From NCBI GenBank assembly GCA_964106645.2, contig OZ067038.1: DNA of 64,000 nucleotides, one strand, 5' to 3'. Numbering within the stretch: position 1 is the stretch's first letter; each line of letters starts with the position of its first letter. This DNA comes from Podarcis pityusensis. Lineage: Eukaryota. Under the pieces are notes generated by a model. That model saw nothing but the letters and a program-made list of their open reading frames with translations, made no database searches and was not told where the DNA came from. The position numbers and the translations under genes were made by a program. Of this stretch, positions 46,101 to 64,000 are shown one piece after another.

Positions 46101-47404
46101 GAAGTAGTTCCAGTGTATGACAGTATATAAAAATAAAAGCTATGATTGAGAACAAAGAAAACTATTCATATTCACATTAAGGGTGCCACAAAGCAACAAA
46201 GCTAATCAGTTTCAAAGGCAGCTACAATTAGAGAAGTTTCATAAATGCAATAGCTGTAATATTTGAACTTTTATGGGTATTTTCAATTGCATATAAGGAT
46301 ATGCTGGTTCTAGAAACAGAACACATCAGGTTCCTAATTTAGTAACATTCACATTCTTCCACTAGTTTTGTTTTACAACAGTATCAATTAAATCCAGGAT
46401 GATAACTGGGTTACTTAATATTATAAACTCCACTTTATAACTACCTACATGATCAACAGCCATGAGACACCTTGTGTCTAGGTATAAAAATACAAGAAAA
46501 TATTCTAATATTCATCATCCCAAAGTCTGTTTCCTTGGTTATAAAAGACAAATTTACATTTTAAGGAAGCAAAGTATTCTTTAAAAAAATCCATATAAGA
46601 ATTTCTATTTTCATAAAAATATAGCTTCCCATCTAAACTCTTCTATAGTCCCATGTGTTAACCGTGGCTCTCAATCAATTGATATAGCAAAGAGGAAAAA
46701 ATTCATAAAATACCACATCTAAAATATCAGCAGATATATATATATATATAACCTTCCATAGGACTTACTGTTATTTAATTAGCTGTGAATCTGATTTACA
46801 AACTAACTAAAGACAAAAAAGTTTGAAATATTTACAATGTACACATCTTCAAAAATTGCAGTGCGATTAGATAATGGAATGTTTCAACAACAATTTGAAG
46901 CCCAAGAAGGCAACTTCAAATCAAAGTAGCCCCTTTATACATTTGAGAGTACTTGTAGATTAATTCCTTCATTCCCCTTGTAGGTATATTCCTTTATCCA
47001 ATATTCTGTAAAGGTGTTTTTGCAAACTACCATCATGTCCGCAACATAATTAACTTAAAAACGTTAAATAACAATCAGTTTTTATAGTGATCAGGGACTG
47101 TATACATATATTTACCTTGAGAAAAAACTCTAGTCAGAAAAGGTAAACTTAAAGCAGCCGCTTGAAAGTGTTTTCAAATGATTAAAAATGTAGTGGCTTG
47201 TTCAAAATGTCAATGTCTGGTAAAAAGGTAGTGAAAGATCAGACATTCAAAATCACAGTAGAATGGTGTCAGACTGTATGAGTATTATTTTTTTAAAGCA
47301 CACAGTTAATCCGTGCACACAGAGGACTAGAGGTTAATCCATCATCTAATATACAGGGTGAGCATTCTTCTATTGGCAAGGTCCTTTTCTTCCTTGTAAC
47401 TGTT
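43120..47404 (-). other. PALS1: Probable long PALS1 3' UTR (end uncertain)
   Basis: AT-rich, repeat-poor tract after the stop codon. Minus-strand AATAAA at 43145-43140 and near 43190. Pumilio motif TGTAAATA at 46836-46829. Confidence 0.4.
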
Positions 47405-62326
<14,922 letters not shown>

Positions 62327-62833
62327 CTGAAACACAGGTGAACACCAAAAATATGATGATGTCTACTATCCTACCCCATACCTACCCCATAACATACACA
62401 AACACCCGAAATAAGAATACATTCTTACACGCTGTAAGAATACATTTCCAGAATTAAAAAGGGCAGAACTTCATGTTACATAAACAAACACTGGTTCCCA
62501 GACCATTTTCATAGACTAAAGAAGATACACACAGGTTGGAAGAAAGGATTAAATGCTCTCACTCTCTCTTGCTCTTAAGTTTAACCCTTTCTTCCAACCA
62601 CAATTATTTTTCCTCTAGCTAGGCCAGACTGGAAATAGGCTTGCAGAGTGAATACTGGTGAGAGGGCAGGGCTGACAGGGCAGAGCTGAACATCCCCTCT
62701 TGCAAAATCTTCACTAAATATCTTTCTACCCATGGATACATCTAATTCTACAAATATGAGACTCCACCCAAAGCTACCAGTTTGTTTTTCTATGAGCTGA
62801 TGCTGATTTTTCTATATAACACTTTATATCAGA

Positions 62834-62858
62834 TAATAATAATAATAATAATAATAAT
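62834..62858. repeat. (AAT)n microsatellite
   Basis: About 8 AAT units. Confidence 0.85.
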
Positions 62859-63739
62859 GGAATGGCTACACAAATTTCTATCTTGACAGAGATGCATGAG
62901 ATAGAATGCATGAGAGGGATTCAACATAGCACTTAGGAGATTACTCCATCATTTCTGCTTGCAGAGATGGAGTAATCTCCCCTCTCCATCTAAGCATGCT
63001 GTTCTGAGCGTTCTCCTGATCCCCCTGAACCAATTTGGGGGGCACACATGGGGAAGAGAGGGGAAAGGCCCTGTTGTGCTGGCAGAAGTCCTTGAGTGGG
63101 CTTCTGTTAGTGGGACTAGTTGTTGAATCAGATCCTCGGTATTCATAACATTTTCATTGAAAAAATATTCACGATTGAGGCTATGAGACAGGCAAAATAA
63201 TTTCAAAGAGAAAGGATGTCTGCAGAATATACAGATCACACTCATTTCTGTACTTCAAAGTGAATGATGTTTCCTTCAAAATCACTGTGGCACTAGCTTT
63301 GATCCACCATCAATACCTTGTTAACAGTAAAAAAAAAAGGGGGGGGGGGACCAGAAACCGAAGTGGAACAGCAAAAAAATGTGTGTGAATATTGGGGGAC
63401 GTTTGGCACTACAATATTAACTCCCATACCCTGGAAAAGTTAATTGCATTACAGACTGACGTTCAGATCTGTAAGGAGTCTTGCTTAAAACAGGCTGAGT
63501 CATTTGGGCAGTTAGGATGTACAACACAGAGGCCATGTGAGTGCGTGGTTCAGAGATCCAGGGATCAGGTGTATTTTTTATTCTGGGCGGGGTTGCACTT
63601 TCCCTGAAAGAACAAGTATGCAGTTTGGGGTTTCTCTGAGAACCATCTTTGTTACTGGAGGTCCATGTAAATGCAGTGGCAAAGAGCATCTTTTACTAGC
63701 TCTGGCTGGTATGCCAACTACAATTCCTTCTGGATGATT

Positions 63740-64000
63740 ACAGTTTAGTCACAGTCATGCTGGTAAACTCAAGATTAGACTGCTGTAACAAGCTGTCCAT
63801 GTGGGGCTGCCCTGAGACTTGGTTTGGAAGCTGCAACTAGTGTAGAATACCATGGGTAGGTTGCTTACTAGCACATCCTACTGCATGCATGTAACACCTC
63901 TCCTGAATGAACTGCACTGATGGTCAATTTGCTCCCAGGCCAAGTTTAAAGTTCTGTTATTTACATAAGAGCCTAAAGAATCTGGGAACCAGTCAACTAA
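63740..64000 (+). mobile_element. Degenerate L2 ORF2 fragment
   Basis: SRLDCCN.., HVTPLLNELH.. and QAKFKVLLF motifs, interrupted by stops and frameshifts. Confidence 0.65.

Overview
Vertebrate genomic DNA from a squamate reptile, probably a lacertid lizard (inferred from Sauria SINEs and young L2, CR1, RTE, Penelope and MITE families). I reconstructed five spliced genes by hand from splice sites and reading phase. (1) The last two exons of a galectin-related, LGALSL-like gene (+, 5' end outside the window). (2) Complete PLEK2 (-, 9 exons, 354 aa, one GC-AG intron). (3) Complete EIF2S1/eIF2-alpha (-, 315 aa). (4) Complete ATP6V1D (+, 9 exons, 247 aa), head-to-head with EIF2S1 across a CpG-island bidirectional promoter. 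(5) The last 11 coding exons of PALS1/MPP5 (-). Most entries in the supplied ORF track are spurious. No prokaryote-type system is present. The best leads are: an LGALSL paralog next to a PLEK2 that appears inverted relative to the human locus; a Penelope-like insertion with a hammerhead-ribozyme core inside a 34-bp hairpin in ATP6V1D intron 8; a hAT MITE carrying a telomere-motif minisatellite; a CLEAR plus X-box-like module at ATP6V1D; a possible uORF in the EIF2S1 leader; and an unexplained CpG-rich multi-hairpin segment in EIF2S1 intron 6. Comparisons with human and other species are from memory and need checking.
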